From an uncultured delta proteobacterium (lineage in GTDB: Bacteria; Myxococcota; B64-G9), in contig CAVWHX010000007.1 in assembly GCA_963754925.1 (NCBI GenBank), positions 64,001-128,000 on the forward strand: DNA of 64,000 nt. The letters are read 5' to 3'. The notes beneath the pieces are model-generated. The model was given only the letters and a program-made list of their open reading frames with translations, searched no databases and was not told the DNA's origin. The translations under genes were made by a program, and so were the position numbers. Below are positions 1-9,513 of the stretch, in pieces; within the stretch, counting starts at the first letter, position 1, and each line of letters starts with the position of its first letter.

Positions 1-1217
1 TCCGGCGTGAAACCCATGCGCTCGAATCAACCCCGATATCAAAAGCACCCAAACAGCCCCGTGGAAATTCCCCGGCTTTCGCTGCGCCGGTTGCGCAGAA
101 TTTTCCGGAATCGGCCGCGCCGCAGGCGAGAACCGTTACGGCCATAGAAGCCGTCTCAGCTGCGCAGTCCCCCCAGGGAGGTGACGCGGCGGCCATGCGA
201 AACGGCGAGGCGGTATCGTTCGATGTTTTAGGTCTGCCCCAATATTCGCTTGAAGCCAACGACTCCAAGCGACCGACCGCGCCGACCATGGAAGCTGTTT
301 CAAACGAATCACCCATGGCCGGGCCGTATACCGGCTCCGAGACGAGCATCATGCAGTCCGCCGATGCGCAGCCGGAAGCTGCCGAGGTCTCACAGCCGCA
401 TGCTCAAACGATGCTGATGAATGAGCCCCATGCGCCGGATCAGGGTGCTATCCCGGAACAACTGTCTCCAGCGAGAACCGCTGCGCTCGCGGACAACCGT
501 ACCGTTATCGGGGAAGGGCTGGAACTTGATGACGCGGCGCTTGAACATGCGGCTGGATTGAGGAAACCGAGGCCTAACAAGCTCGTATTGGGTGGCGTGG
601 GCGCGGCTGTTGTGGGGGTCGTCGCGTTGATCATAGTACTCGCATCGTCAAACAAAACGAAACAAACGTCATCAGACGTTAGCGATAAAACCGCGGCGAC
701 GACGCTTGCGGATAAACCGAAATTGCCGGATATAGGCAGTCAAAAGCACCTTGAAACACCTGAAACCGGTACCGCCGATACGGAGCCTCTAAAAAATTCG
801 GGAGGTTCCCCGAGCGTCGATGCGTCAGTCGGAAAAACAGCGATCGATACTGAAAAACCATCTGTCGAGGAAAAAAAACCTACTGCTCGACGCGATGTTG
901 ACGAACCTAAACTAGTAGAAACCAAGCCGCCTCATAATGTTTTAAAACCAACGCTGGCCGCATCCAGCCCGCGCATTGAACCCGCGCCTAAAGCCCCGGC
1001 CGGCAAACCGGGCATCTTGCGTATCAACGCCGAGCCGTTCGCCATCGTGTTTATCAATAATAAGCGGATCGGAGCCACCCCTCAAATGAATATCGAGCTT
1101 CCGGCCGGCAGTCATACCATTGTCCTCAAGAACGACGCCCTGGGAATTACGAAACGAGTGGGTGTTCGGATCGAGTCAGGCAAGGTGCAGACGCTGTTTG
1201 TCGATCTTAGCAAATAA
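1..1217 (+). CDS. C-terminal part of a membrane-anchored PEGA-domain protein (possibly a Ser/Thr kinase whose N-terminus lies outside the window)
   Basis: The frame is open from position 3 to the stop at 1217. It has a Pro/Ala-rich linker, one TM helix (LVLGGVGAAVVGVVALIIVLA) and a PEGA-like C-terminus (GILRINAEPFAIVFINNKRIGATP...LPAGSHTIVL). Confidence 0.7.
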   Translation, partial: RRETHALESTPISKAPKQPRGNSPAFAAPVAQNFPESAAPQARTVTAIEAVSAAQSPQGGDAAAMRNGEAVSFDVLGLPQYSLEANDSKRPTAPTMEAVSNESPMAGPYTGSETSIMQSADAQPEAAEVSQPHAQTMLMNEPHAPDQGAIPEQLSPARTAALADNRTVIGEGLELDDAALEHAAGLRKPRPNKLVLGGVGAAVVGVVALIIVLASSNKTKQTSSDVSDKTAATTLADKPKLPDIGSQKHLETPETGTADTEPLKNSGGSPSVDASVGKTAIDTEKPSVEEKKPTARRDVDEPKLVETKPPHNVLKPTLAASSPRIEPAPKAPAGKPGILRINAEPFAIVFINNKRIGATPQMNIELPAGSHTIVLKNDALGITKRVGVRIESGKVQTLFVDLSK

Positions 1218-1268
1218 ATAGTCGTCCCTGAAAAAGTCACCATTAGGTCATTTCAAATATCTCAATAA

Positions 1269-1334
1269 GTCATTCCCGCGTAGGCGGGAATCCAGAAGAG
1301 ACACACTCTGGACCCCCGCCTTCGCGGGGGTGAC
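1269..1334. repeat. Palindromic REP/dRS3-like element (GTCATTCCCGCG-N-GCGGGAATCCAG...CTGGACCCCCGC-N-GCGGGGGTGAC)
   Basis: Two inverted hairpin units lie between convergent genes. A second copy is at 9282-9419. Confidence 0.85.
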
Positions 1335-1399
1335 TAATATCGTATTTTCAGAATTTAAGGTCGCTGTAACCTTTTCTTTCTTGTTGTTTTGAAAATTAA

Positions 1400-4084
1400 C
1401 TAGTTGGTCGATGCCAGCCGGCCGCGTAATGCCTTAAGTTCGACTTCCAAGAGCGTTAGTTCCTTCTCCAGCTGTGAGCGCAAGGAGGCTGCTTGTTCGA
1501 AATCCTCGCTCGCAGGGATCGACAGCTCAAGCTTCTTTGCCAGTTCCATCGCCGTACGCGCCCCGAAATTGCCAACCGAGCCTTTGAGGGAATGCGCGGC
1601 GCGACCCAACGCCCGACCATCTCGGGCAGACAATGCTTTGTCGACGTCGGCGCGCAGGAGCGGCAGCTGCTGAAAGAGCAGGTCTATCAACTCACAGGCA
1701 AGTTGCGGATCGCCTCCGGCGCGAAGCATAAACGCCGCCTCGTCAATCTTGGCACCAGTCGCCGGCGCAACGGTCGAGCCTGGCGCGTGCGCATTATCCA
1801 TCCCAAAGCCTGTGCCGGAGTTGTCAGCATGAGCGAAGGCTGCCGGATCGTCTGTGTGGATTGGTTTCTCGTCACGTTCCATGGCGCGAATTTCCCGTTG
1901 GGAAGGTGCGGTTAACAGGGATACCAGCGCTTCTTGCAGTCGCCGCAGCTTGGGCGGCTTAACCAACCAGGTTGCCTGTTCAACTTCGTGTGCCGTGCTT
2001 TGCCGCACCAACTCGTTGGTTGAGGCGAGAAATATCAAACCAACGGTGCGGTAACCTTCCGTAGTCGCCAGTTTATGAGCAAAGTCTGTCGACGGCATAT
2101 CGGTCAAGCCCGCATCTGCGATGACCACGTTGAATGTTTTTCCGCTCTGGATACTTTGATCAATCGCAGCCGCGGCGGCCAGGCCGCTTTCGGCCGAAAA
2201 CACCTCAAGTCCCCACGATTCGAGCAGTTCAGCAAGGATAGCGCGGCTGACGGCGTTATCGTCCACCACTAACACCCGGACGCCGTGCAAATTGGGAACC
2301 TCGGAGGTGAACCGGCTGGGCCGTGCTTGCGCTTGGAGACGAACCGTAAACCTAAAGGTGGTTCCGTGCCCGACCTGGCTCTCGAGCCAAATGCGACCTC
2401 CCATCATCTTGACGAGGCGCGACGAGATCGCGAGGCCCAATCCAGCACCGCGATAGCGGCGCGTAGCGGAACTATCGACTTGCGTGAATGGTTCAAAAAT
2501 AACCTGGTGCTTTTCAAGCGGGATGCCGATGCCGGTGTCGCGGACAGAAAACTGCAGCAGCAGTTTCTGATCCAATGCCTCTACTAACGCCACCTCAACA
2601 ACTATTTCTCCCTGATTGGTAAACTTGATCGCGTTGTCAACCAGATTGAGGATCACCTGACGCAGACGGCGAACATCGCCAAGCAGATTATCGGGAACGT
2701 CCTTTGGCACGTGGTAGCAGAGTTCCAGGCCTTTGGTATGGGCGCGCACGGCCACCATCGTCAGAGTCTCCGCCAAGCTGTCACGGAGGCTAAATTCCAT
2801 CTGCATGAGATCAAGTTTGCCGGCCTCCATGCGTGAGAAATCGAGCAGCTCGCTAATCATTTCCAGCAGACTCTGCGCTGAGGTTCTGACGGTTTCGATG
2901 TATTCGCCTTGTTCGTGGGTTGGATTGGACTCGAGCATCAGATCGCTCATGCCGACGATGGCATTCAACGGCGTGCGGATCTCATGACTGACATTCGCGA
3001 GGATCTCTGATTTGGTAATGGTGGCGACCTCTGCTTCGCGAGCGAGGCGCTTGGCCTCATCAATAGCCTGACCCAACAGGCGGTTATTCTCGACCAGCTC
3101 TTGATGCCGGGATTCGATCGCCTTCTTCTGGGTGAAGAATTGTTCGATCAACCGCGCCAGATCGCCGAACTCGCCGTCTCTGTTAGTTAGCGTGCTCATC
3201 AAGCCGACATCTCCGGAGTCCAGCGCCGCTGATAGTTGGTACAATGGGTTACGAATCCATCGGTTGAGAAGAATGGTCATTATCAACAAAAGAAAAACCG
3301 CAAAACCCGCCATTAATAAGAACAGTACCTGTGAAATGTGCCGAGATTCAGCAACCGCTCGGGAATCCACCCTTCCCACGACCCTACCGATATTTCTTCC
3401 ATCCGGTCCTGGTAATATCTTTGAAAAGCTGACCGCACCTACCGGGTTTGCGGAATCAACGGCCGCTTTTTCTCCGGCCGAACCTCGTTGGAGCTCGATG
3501 GTACTCCCCGTGAGGATGGAGAGCTCTGTCAGAAATTCCTGGTTCAGGAGACGAGCAACGAACAGATATCCTAAAGGCTGCGCTGTGTCCTCGTGGTCGT
3601 GGGATAGTTGAATCGAAGCGCCCCAAATCTCGAGCATCCCTAAAGAATTATCCAAATAAAAATGGCAGAAGTGATCTCGATCAAGAACACGCCGAACAGA
3701 CGGGTCTTCGAAAAGCCGTGTCTGCAACGGAACACCATCGCTCATGAGCGAGTACACTTGTTGGTAAGATCGGTCTAGCACCCAAAAAGCCTTGGCATGA
3801 TGCGTTTTGAGAACCAAGCCGATCTTCTGTCTTAACTGGGTGGGATTGTGGTTGTTGGCGGAATCCAAGAGTTCATCGCTCTGGGAATAATTCCGGACCA
3901 GTTGTTCCAGGGAAGCACCCTTGAGCTGAAGTATCTGATCAAGAAGAATAGTTTTTTCTTTTTCGGCGGCACGTATGAATTGATTTTCTCGACTCTTCTC
4001 TGAGACCTGAATGAGCAGTATGCCGGCAAAAAGCACAGCGACCATAAAAAACAGCAATAATAATAACTTGGTTTGGACGCTCAT
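1400..4084 (-). CDS. Hybrid sensor histidine kinase (periplasmic CHASE4-like sensor, HisKA, HATPase, REC, HPt)
   Basis: Two TM helices, H-box ANVSHEIRTPLN, N-box NLVDNAIKFT, G boxes DTGIGI and GAGLGLAI, REC VLVVDDN, HPt AHSLKG. The ATG at 4084 is preferred over the TTG at 4099. Confidence 0.92.
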   Translation of the reverse strand: MSVQTKLLLLLFFMVAVLFAGILLIQVSEKSRENQFIRAAEKEKTILLDQILQLKGASLEQLVRNYSQSDELLDSANNHNPTQLRQKIGLVLKTHHAKAFWVLDRSYQQVYSLMSDGVPLQTRLFEDPSVRRVLDRDHFCHFYLDNSLGMLEIWGASIQLSHDHEDTAQPLGYLFVARLLNQEFLTELSILTGSTIELQRGSAGEKAAVDSANPVGAVSFSKILPGPDGRNIGRVVGRVDSRAVAESRHISQVLFLLMAGFAVFLLLIMTILLNRWIRNPLYQLSAALDSGDVGLMSTLTNRDGEFGDLARLIEQFFTQKKAIESRHQELVENNRLLGQAIDEAKRLAREAEVATITKSEILANVSHEIRTPLNAIVGMSDLMLESNPTHEQGEYIETVRTSAQSLLEMISELLDFSRMEAGKLDLMQMEFSLRDSLAETLTMVAVRAHTKGLELCYHVPKDVPDNLLGDVRRLRQVILNLVDNAIKFTNQGEIVVEVALVEALDQKLLLQFSVRDTGIGIPLEKHQVIFEPFTQVDSSATRRYRGAGLGLAISSRLVKMMGGRIWLESQVGHGTTFRFTVRLQAQARPSRFTSEVPNLHGVRVLVVDDNAVSRAILAELLESWGLEVFSAESGLAAAAAIDQSIQSGKTFNVVIADAGLTDMPSTDFAHKLATTEGYRTVGLIFLASTNELVRQSTAHEVEQATWLVKPPKLRRLQEALVSLLTAPSQREIRAMERDEKPIHTDDPAAFAHADNSGTGFGMDNAHAPGSTVAPATGAKIDEAAFMLRAGGDPQLACELIDLLFQQLPLLRADVDKALSARDGRALGRAAHSLKGSVGNFGARTAMELAKKLELSIPASEDFEQAASLRSQLEKELTLLEVELKALRGRLASTN

Positions 4085-4226
4085 GGGCGTAACTTCCAAC
4101 GTCTACCCAACGGTGATCGCACGATATCTCCCCGATTGAACGCTATCGCCACTTTTTTTTACAATCGACGGCAACCACGGAGAGTAGTCACTATCTTCCT
4201 CCTTAACAGCCCTCTGTCAAATTAAC

Positions 4227-4763
4227 TTAGTGGCACCTCCCCCCTAAGGCTTGTTGAATCGCCTTTTCAAGAGTGGCATACGTCGTAAGTCCAGCAAACA
4301 CGTCCAACACCCGTCCATTTCTGCCAATAACTACGAGCAAGGGAACATAGTCTATTTTACCGATCGGTGAACGCCCTTCTCTCATATCTTTGTCTGCCAA
4401 AGCTACCGGATAGGGAATTCCCATCCCGGCCACAAAAGGTTGTACAACTTTTGCGCCGAGATCGTCCAAGGCAATGCCCACCATTGCCAGTCCGCAGGGG
4501 TGATAGGACTGATATAGCCGAATATAGGTCGGTATAATGATCGATGTAGATTGCGACCAGGTTGCAAAAAAATCTAGCAACAACAATTGGTTGTGGTAGT
4601 TCGCCAGTATAATAGGTTTGCCATCCAGGCCTATCAAGTGAATTGCTGCAATATCAAGAGGATGTTCTTTACGTGTTTCGCTCGACGAACCTGCGCATCC
4701 TACCGTACTGAGCGCTACCAATAGGATAATCGCCCGCATAATGCTTGTTCGAAACATAGGCAT
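4227..4763 (-). CDS. TlpA/ResA-like thioredoxin-fold lipoprotein lacking the CxxC motif
   Basis: Lipobox-like TVGC. LDGKPIILANYHNQLLLLDFFATWSQST aligns with the TlpA DFWATWCxxC region, and the cis-Pro loop reads YVPLLVVIGRNGRV. Confidence 0.75.
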   Translation of the reverse strand: MPMFRTSIMRAIILLVALSTVGCAGSSSETRKEHPLDIAAIHLIGLDGKPIILANYHNQLLLLDFFATWSQSTSIIIPTYIRLYQSYHPCGLAMVGIALDDLGAKVVQPFVAGMGIPYPVALADKDMREGRSPIGKIDYVPLLVVIGRNGRVLDVFAGLTTYATLEKAIQQALGGRCH

Positions 4764-4934
4764 GCTTTACTACTTAATCCTTGATTGCGCAAATAGAATC
4801 CCGGAGTATCCCGCTCAGAAACTTGTGTCCGGCTAATCAGCCGCGTTAGAATAAAGAAAGCATATATAAGTGTTCAATTGGTGACCATATTGATGCCGCG
4901 ACTCGATCTCATCAACTACTAAAGAGGTGAATTC

Positions 4935-6359
4935 ATGGCTTTGGCAACAGCAAAGCTTGATAAGCTGCAACACGGTCGGAATGCCATCCTACTCATACTT
5001 GGACATTTCCTGCTGGTGGCATTAGGAACAAGCCTGGTGGTCGCGCTACCGCGTACAGCCCATGCTCAGGAAATACTTATTAAACGGTTCACCGATCTTA
5101 CGGGAAAGGCAAAATTTGGCCAGAAAGCCCAAATGGAGCTGGTCAATGCCCTCACGCGCAAGGGTGCAACCCTTAAAGACACCAAGCAATACTTGAATCT
5201 TGCGAAAAAGAAAAAAATTCCAGCCAATGAAGCGTTTCTCGGACCAAATATTAAAAGACTTGCTAAGGCGCTAAATATTACCGGCGTTGTGTTGGGCAAG
5301 GCAGCTGTTGAAAAAAGAAAATTCAAACTAGCTCTCAATGTTTTTAATAAACGTGGCAACCTGGTATTAAAAAAGATCTTTGTGACGCAGAACCCTGAAT
5401 TGACGCCCGAAGCGGCCGATAATATTTTGGTCCAGATATATACACGGCTTGGAATCGTCGAACGTCCTCAACCAGCGCCTGAACAACCCGCAGTAACCCA
5501 ACCCCCCGAGATCGAGGCTCCGGCCACGGGGCCTACCGAAAGCACGTTGCCGAGCTGGGCTCGCAAAGAGACAACACCAGCGGTTGCCCCGCCGCCGGCT
5601 CCGCCGGTCGCCCCCCCACCGTCCCCCGCTCAAGAGGCCGAGGCAACCGCCAAGCCAACTGAACAGCGGGAAAAGGGTTCTGTTTCTGATGTGTTATTGA
5701 CGGCCGGCATAGGGGTCAGCTTGCGCAACGCCCATTTGGCGATAAGTTCAACCGAGGGGTTTATTAATTCAAATGCCTTCCCCAGTTTCAAAATCGACGG
5801 CCGTTTTATGCTTGGTGCTTTGACCGATGTTCCTTTTTTAAAGGACCTGGGAATTGGAAGCTCGTTCAATATGAGTCTCGGGCTTAAATACAGTCCAACT
5901 GATGGGACGGCCGGTGCACCATGGGATGCGCATCAATACCAATGGCATGTCGAGGCCATCTATCGACTTGCTTTCAATAGTGTTTTGCTTCAGCCGGCGT
6001 TTCTGTTGCGGGTAGGTTATGGGATGACTATCAGCTCGATAGAAAATAGCTACATGAATGTATTGTACAAATATCCCTTTGCTGCAATTGATGTTTACTT
6101 AATGCTATGGAAGCCGTACCTGCGGTTTTTCGTTTCTCCGGGTATTATGTTTGCGGTTCAGTCTGAAAAGAACGTCCCCAGCTCAGGCAATGGAAGCTTA
6201 GGTTTTTCGCTTTCAACAGGTTTCGAACTGCAACTCTTCAAGTATCTCGCGATCGGCGTGGGTTACGATCTCAGTCAATTCTTGATTAAGCTTCAAGGCG
6301 GCGGCAGTACCTCCGATGTCTATCAAACCTTTTTCCTTCGTGCAGGTGTGACGTTTTAG
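4935..6359 (+). CDS. Putative outer-membrane protein: signal peptide, basic N-domain, Pro-rich linker, C-terminal beta-barrel
   Basis: AHA signal cleavage site, amphipathic beta strands in the C-terminal half and a terminal Phe (FFLRAGVTF). Confidence 0.6.
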   Translation: MALATAKLDKLQHGRNAILLILGHFLLVALGTSLVVALPRTAHAQEILIKRFTDLTGKAKFGQKAQMELVNALTRKGATLKDTKQYLNLAKKKKIPANEAFLGPNIKRLAKALNITGVVLGKAAVEKRKFKLALNVFNKRGNLVLKKIFVTQNPELTPEAADNILVQIYTRLGIVERPQPAPEQPAVTQPPEIEAPATGPTESTLPSWARKETTPAVAPPPAPPVAPPPSPAQEAEATAKPTEQREKGSVSDVLLTAGIGVSLRNAHLAISSTEGFINSNAFPSFKIDGRFMLGALTDVPFLKDLGIGSSFNMSLGLKYSPTDGTAGAPWDAHQYQWHVEAIYRLAFNSVLLQPAFLLRVGYGMTISSIENSYMNVLYKYPFAAIDVYLMLWKPYLRFFVSPGIMFAVQSEKNVPSSGNGSLGFSLSTGFELQLFKYLAIGVGYDLSQFLIKLQGGGSTSDVYQTFFLRAGVTF

Positions 6360-6411
6360 AGGCTCTTACGAGCGCAGCGAGTTAGAGCCTCTTACCCCCG
6401 AAGGGGGCTAG
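6356..6411 (+). repeat. Two-hairpin structured repeat, copy A
   Basis: TTAG-AGGCTCT-tacGAGCGCAGCGAGtt-AGAGCCT-CTTA-CCCCC-gaa-GGGGG-CTAG. Confidence 0.8.
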
Positions 6412-6416
6412 AGTAT

Positions 6417-6476
6417 CTAACCCCCTGACGGGGGTAAGGGACTGTAACGCTCGCTGCGCTCGCTAACAGTCCCTAA
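6417..6476 (-). repeat. Two-hairpin structured repeat, copy B (inside the 3' end of miaA)
   Basis: Reverse strand reads TTAG-GGACTGT-tagcGAGCGCAGCGAGcgtt-ACAGTCC-CTTA-CCCCCgtcaGGGGG-TTAG. Confidence 0.8.
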
Positions 6477-7394
6477 AAACTCCCGGGCATTCGCCGTCAA
6501 CGTATCAACATCAACCGGTGCATCCCACCAGTTAAGTTCGGGCACCGCTTTAAACCAAGTCAATTGACGTCGCGCGTAGCGTCGATGGGCGCGTTGAATG
6601 ACCGCATACGTCTCATCCCAGGGCCGTTCGCCATCGAGGTAGGAATTTAGTTCGCGGTACCCGACGACTCGGAGCGCCGGAGCCGCACTCAGCCCTTCAC
6701 GCCGAAGCCGTTTCACCTCTTCGAGCCAACCCGCGTCGAGCATGCGGTCGACGCGCTCGTTGATACGCCCATAGAGTTCTGCGCGAGGCCAGCGGGGAGC
6801 AACCTGCCAGGCGCGAAAGGCTCGCTGCGCAAAACCGTGTTCGCGCTGCACCAGCGTTATCGGCCGACCGGTTAGTTCGTAGACCTCAAGCGCGCGCATG
6901 ATGCGCAGCCGGTCTCCCGGCCGCAGCCGAGCGGCTGCATCGGGATCAACCTCCAACAGCCGCCTGAATAGACACCCGGGCTCTTGATTTTCTTCAGCCT
7001 CTAAACGTGATCTTAAGAGTTCGTTCGTTCGTGGCGTTTCTATCAGACCGTGCAGCAAGGCACGCAGGTACAAACCGGTACCGCCGACCACTATCGGAAC
7101 CTTGCCGCGCGATCGAATATCGGCAATGACGGCGAGAGCCATACTACAAAACTTGGCTGCGCTGAAGCGCTCGGCCGGCGAACATACGTCGATGAGATGA
7201 TAGGCAACCAGGCGACGCATAGCCACGGTCGGCTTGGCGGTGCCGATGTCCAATCCGCGATAGATCTTCCGTGAGTCGGCCGAGATCAGCTCACCGCCAA
7301 GTTTCACGGCAAGGTGGCGGGCCAGCTCGCCCTTACCCGATCCGGTCGGGCCCGCGATCACCAGTATTTTCGGCAGCGGCTCAGCCACGTCCAA
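6417..7394 (-). CDS. miaA: tRNA dimethylallyltransferase
   Basis: P-loop GPTGSGK, SADSRKIYRGLDIGTAKP, VGGTGLY and YARRQLTWF. It lies directly downstream of mutL. Confidence 0.97.
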   Translation of the reverse strand: MDVAEPLPKILVIAGPTGSGKGELARHLAVKLGGELISADSRKIYRGLDIGTAKPTVAMRRLVAYHLIDVCSPAERFSAAKFCSMALAVIADIRSRGKVPIVVGGTGLYLRALLHGLIETPRTNELLRSRLEAEENQEPGCLFRRLLEVDPDAAARLRPGDRLRIMRALEVYELTGRPITLVQREHGFAQRAFRAWQVAPRWPRAELYGRINERVDRMLDAGWLEEVKRLRREGLSAAPALRVVGYRELNSYLDGERPWDETYAVIQRAHRRYARRQLTWFKAVPELNWWDAPVDVDTLTANAREFLGTVSERSERYSPLPPSGG

Positions 7395-9207
7395 ACCATC
7401 GATCGATCTCTGCTCGCGTCATCTCAATTAACACCGGTCGGCCATGAGGACAACAACCGGCAAAGTCAACCTCCTCAAGACTGGCGAGTAAGGCGCGGAT
7501 CTCCGGTTCGCCCATTGATTTGCCGGAACGAACCGAGGCATGACAGGCCATGCGCGAAAGAATTTCTAGCCGGGCGCTCTCCCAGCTCGCTCCTTGTTCG
7601 AATTCCGACAGTTCCGACAAGACATCCCGCAACAGCGGCCCAACGGGCGCATCGGCCAACAAGGCCGGGACGGCGTGCACCGCGAGCGTCTGGGAATCTA
7701 CGGGTTTCGCCTCAAACCCCAGTTGCGAAAGACTTCCGGTCTGGGCCTCGGCAACCGCCATGAGCCGGCCGTCGAGTTCTAATTGCAGAGGAATCAAGAG
7801 GCGTTGGGAGCGAAGCTGGTCCTTGTCAGCCGCCGCGCGCAGGCGTTCAAACGTCACTCGTTCATGCGCGGCGTGCTGATCGATCAGCACGAAACGATCC
7901 TCGTGCGCAAGCAGCAGGTAGGTATCCCAGAGGCGTCCGACCAGTTCGTAGTCACGTAAACGGTCAGCCGCGACGAGCGCTGCTTGTGTTGGTTGCGGCT
8001 GCGGCATCGGCGGCGTAGATCCCCGCGCGAGGACCTGACCTGGCCGACGTTGGCTTGTTCCGGTGGCGCCTGCCGTCGAGTTTTCGAAGCGGGTCAACGC
8101 CTCGCGCACCCGGCTTGCATACGGCTGCGTTCCGGCGCCTCCCGGTTCCTCGACCGCATGGGCTCCGGCCGATCGCAGCTGGTAGACGCGCGCGCCTTTC
8201 AACCACGGCGAGCGCGCCAGAATATCGACCACCGCGCCGGAGAGAAACGTATGGATGCGTTGACCGTCAATGAACCGCACCTCAACCTTCTGCGGGTGTA
8301 CGTTGACGTCGACCGACTGCGGCGGGAGGGTCAGACGCACTATTACCAGTGGATAACGCCGTTCAGGGAGGATGGTGCGATACCCCTCGCTCACGGCATG
8401 CTGCAGGGTGCGATCGCGCACGAAGCGCCCGTTCACAAACAGATACATTTGCGTCGGGGTCGGATAACTGAGCGAGGGCGCCGAGATGAGTCCGGTAACC
8501 GCGAGATCGCCGTCGCGGTGACTCAAACCGTGAAGGTGCTCAAAAACCTCGCGCCCTAGCAACACGGCGGCCCGTTGGGCAAGGTCTTCGGTCCCCGGCG
8601 CATCGAGTAAGGTGCGCCCATTGTGCTCAAGATGAAAATGCACCTCGGGACGAACCAACCCGAGCCGTAGGATCCACGATTGGATGTGTGCGAGCTCGGT
8701 GGCCGCCGTGCGCAGGAATTTACGCCGGGCCGGGGTGTTATAAAACAGGTCGCTCACCGCCACGTCGGTTCCGATGGGCGCTCCGATCTCGACCACTGCC
8801 GGGCGAGCGCCGGGCTCGCTGCGCAGCTCCGTTCCCGCTTCGTCCTGCCGACGGCGGCTCACGATCCGCAACCGGCTGACCGCTGCAATACTGGCTAAGG
8901 CCTCACCCCTAAACCCCAACGTATGGATTTCCTCCAGATCCGATACCGTACGGATCTTCGAGGTGGCGTGGCTCATCACCGACCGCCCCACATCCGCCCG
9001 GGACATCCCCTCCCCGTCATCGGTGACGCGTATCAAGCGGCGCCCGCCATCCGTTATTTGACAGGCGATACGATGAGCTCCGGCATCTAGGCTATTCTCA
9101 ACGAGCTCTTTGAGTACCGATGCGGGCCGCTCGACCACTTCCCCTGCGGCGATTTGATCGATCAGCTCCGACGGCAACACCTGGATACGATTGTCCGCTC
9201 CATCCAT
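7381..9207 (-). CDS. mutL: DNA mismatch repair endonuclease MutL
   Basis: IAAGEVVERPASVLKELVENSLDAG, GFRGEALASI, DVNVHPQK and the endonuclease motifs DQHAAHER, ACH and CPHGRP. The ATG at 9207 is preferred. Confidence 0.97.
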   Translation of the reverse strand: MDGADNRIQVLPSELIDQIAAGEVVERPASVLKELVENSLDAGAHRIACQITDGGRRLIRVTDDGEGMSRADVGRSVMSHATSKIRTVSDLEEIHTLGFRGEALASIAAVSRLRIVSRRRQDEAGTELRSEPGARPAVVEIGAPIGTDVAVSDLFYNTPARRKFLRTAATELAHIQSWILRLGLVRPEVHFHLEHNGRTLLDAPGTEDLAQRAAVLLGREVFEHLHGLSHRDGDLAVTGLISAPSLSYPTPTQMYLFVNGRFVRDRTLQHAVSEGYRTILPERRYPLVIVRLTLPPQSVDVNVHPQKVEVRFIDGQRIHTFLSGAVVDILARSPWLKGARVYQLRSAGAHAVEEPGGAGTQPYASRVREALTRFENSTAGATGTSQRRPGQVLARGSTPPMPQPQPTQAALVAADRLRDYELVGRLWDTYLLLAHEDRFVLIDQHAAHERVTFERLRAAADKDQLRSQRLLIPLQLELDGRLMAVAEAQTGSLSQLGFEAKPVDSQTLAVHAVPALLADAPVGPLLRDVLSELSEFEQGASWESARLEILSRMACHASVRSGKSMGEPEIRALLASLEEVDFAGCCPHGRPVLIEMTRAEIDRWFGRG

Positions 9208-9281
9208 GGGGAGTGTGAATATCACTAAGTGGTTGCCTAAGCAATGGTGCAAGGGATCTCGTCGGTATTGATACTCAAAAC

Positions 9282-9419
9282 GTCATTCCCGCGAACGCGG
9301 CGTGCGGTTAGAGCTTGTTGACGAACGAAGTGAGGATTACAAGCTCTTATCCCTTTAGGGGCTTGGCTGGAATCCAGTCTTTAAAAGGACTTCTGGACCC
9401 CCGCTTTCGCGGGGGTGAC
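9282..9419. repeat. Second REP/dRS3-like element, interrupted by a ~69-bp insert that carries copy C of the two-hairpin repeat
   Basis: GTCATTCCCGCGAACGCGG (9282-9300), then the insert at 9301-9369, then GAATCCAG...CTGGACCCCCGCTTTCGCGGGGGTGAC. Compare the uninterrupted copy at 1269-1334. Confidence 0.8.
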
Positions 9420-9513
9420 GGGTTTTTTGAGTTTTGCAACACCCCTACTGATTACTCGATTGACTTGGCTCAGAAGATAGCCTAAAAGACTCCCATGGGC
9501 CGGAGAGCCAACG

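Noticed and set aside
9302..9369. Insert begins with GTGCG like a group II intron 5' end
   Set aside because: Far too short, with no domain V or reverse transcriptase.
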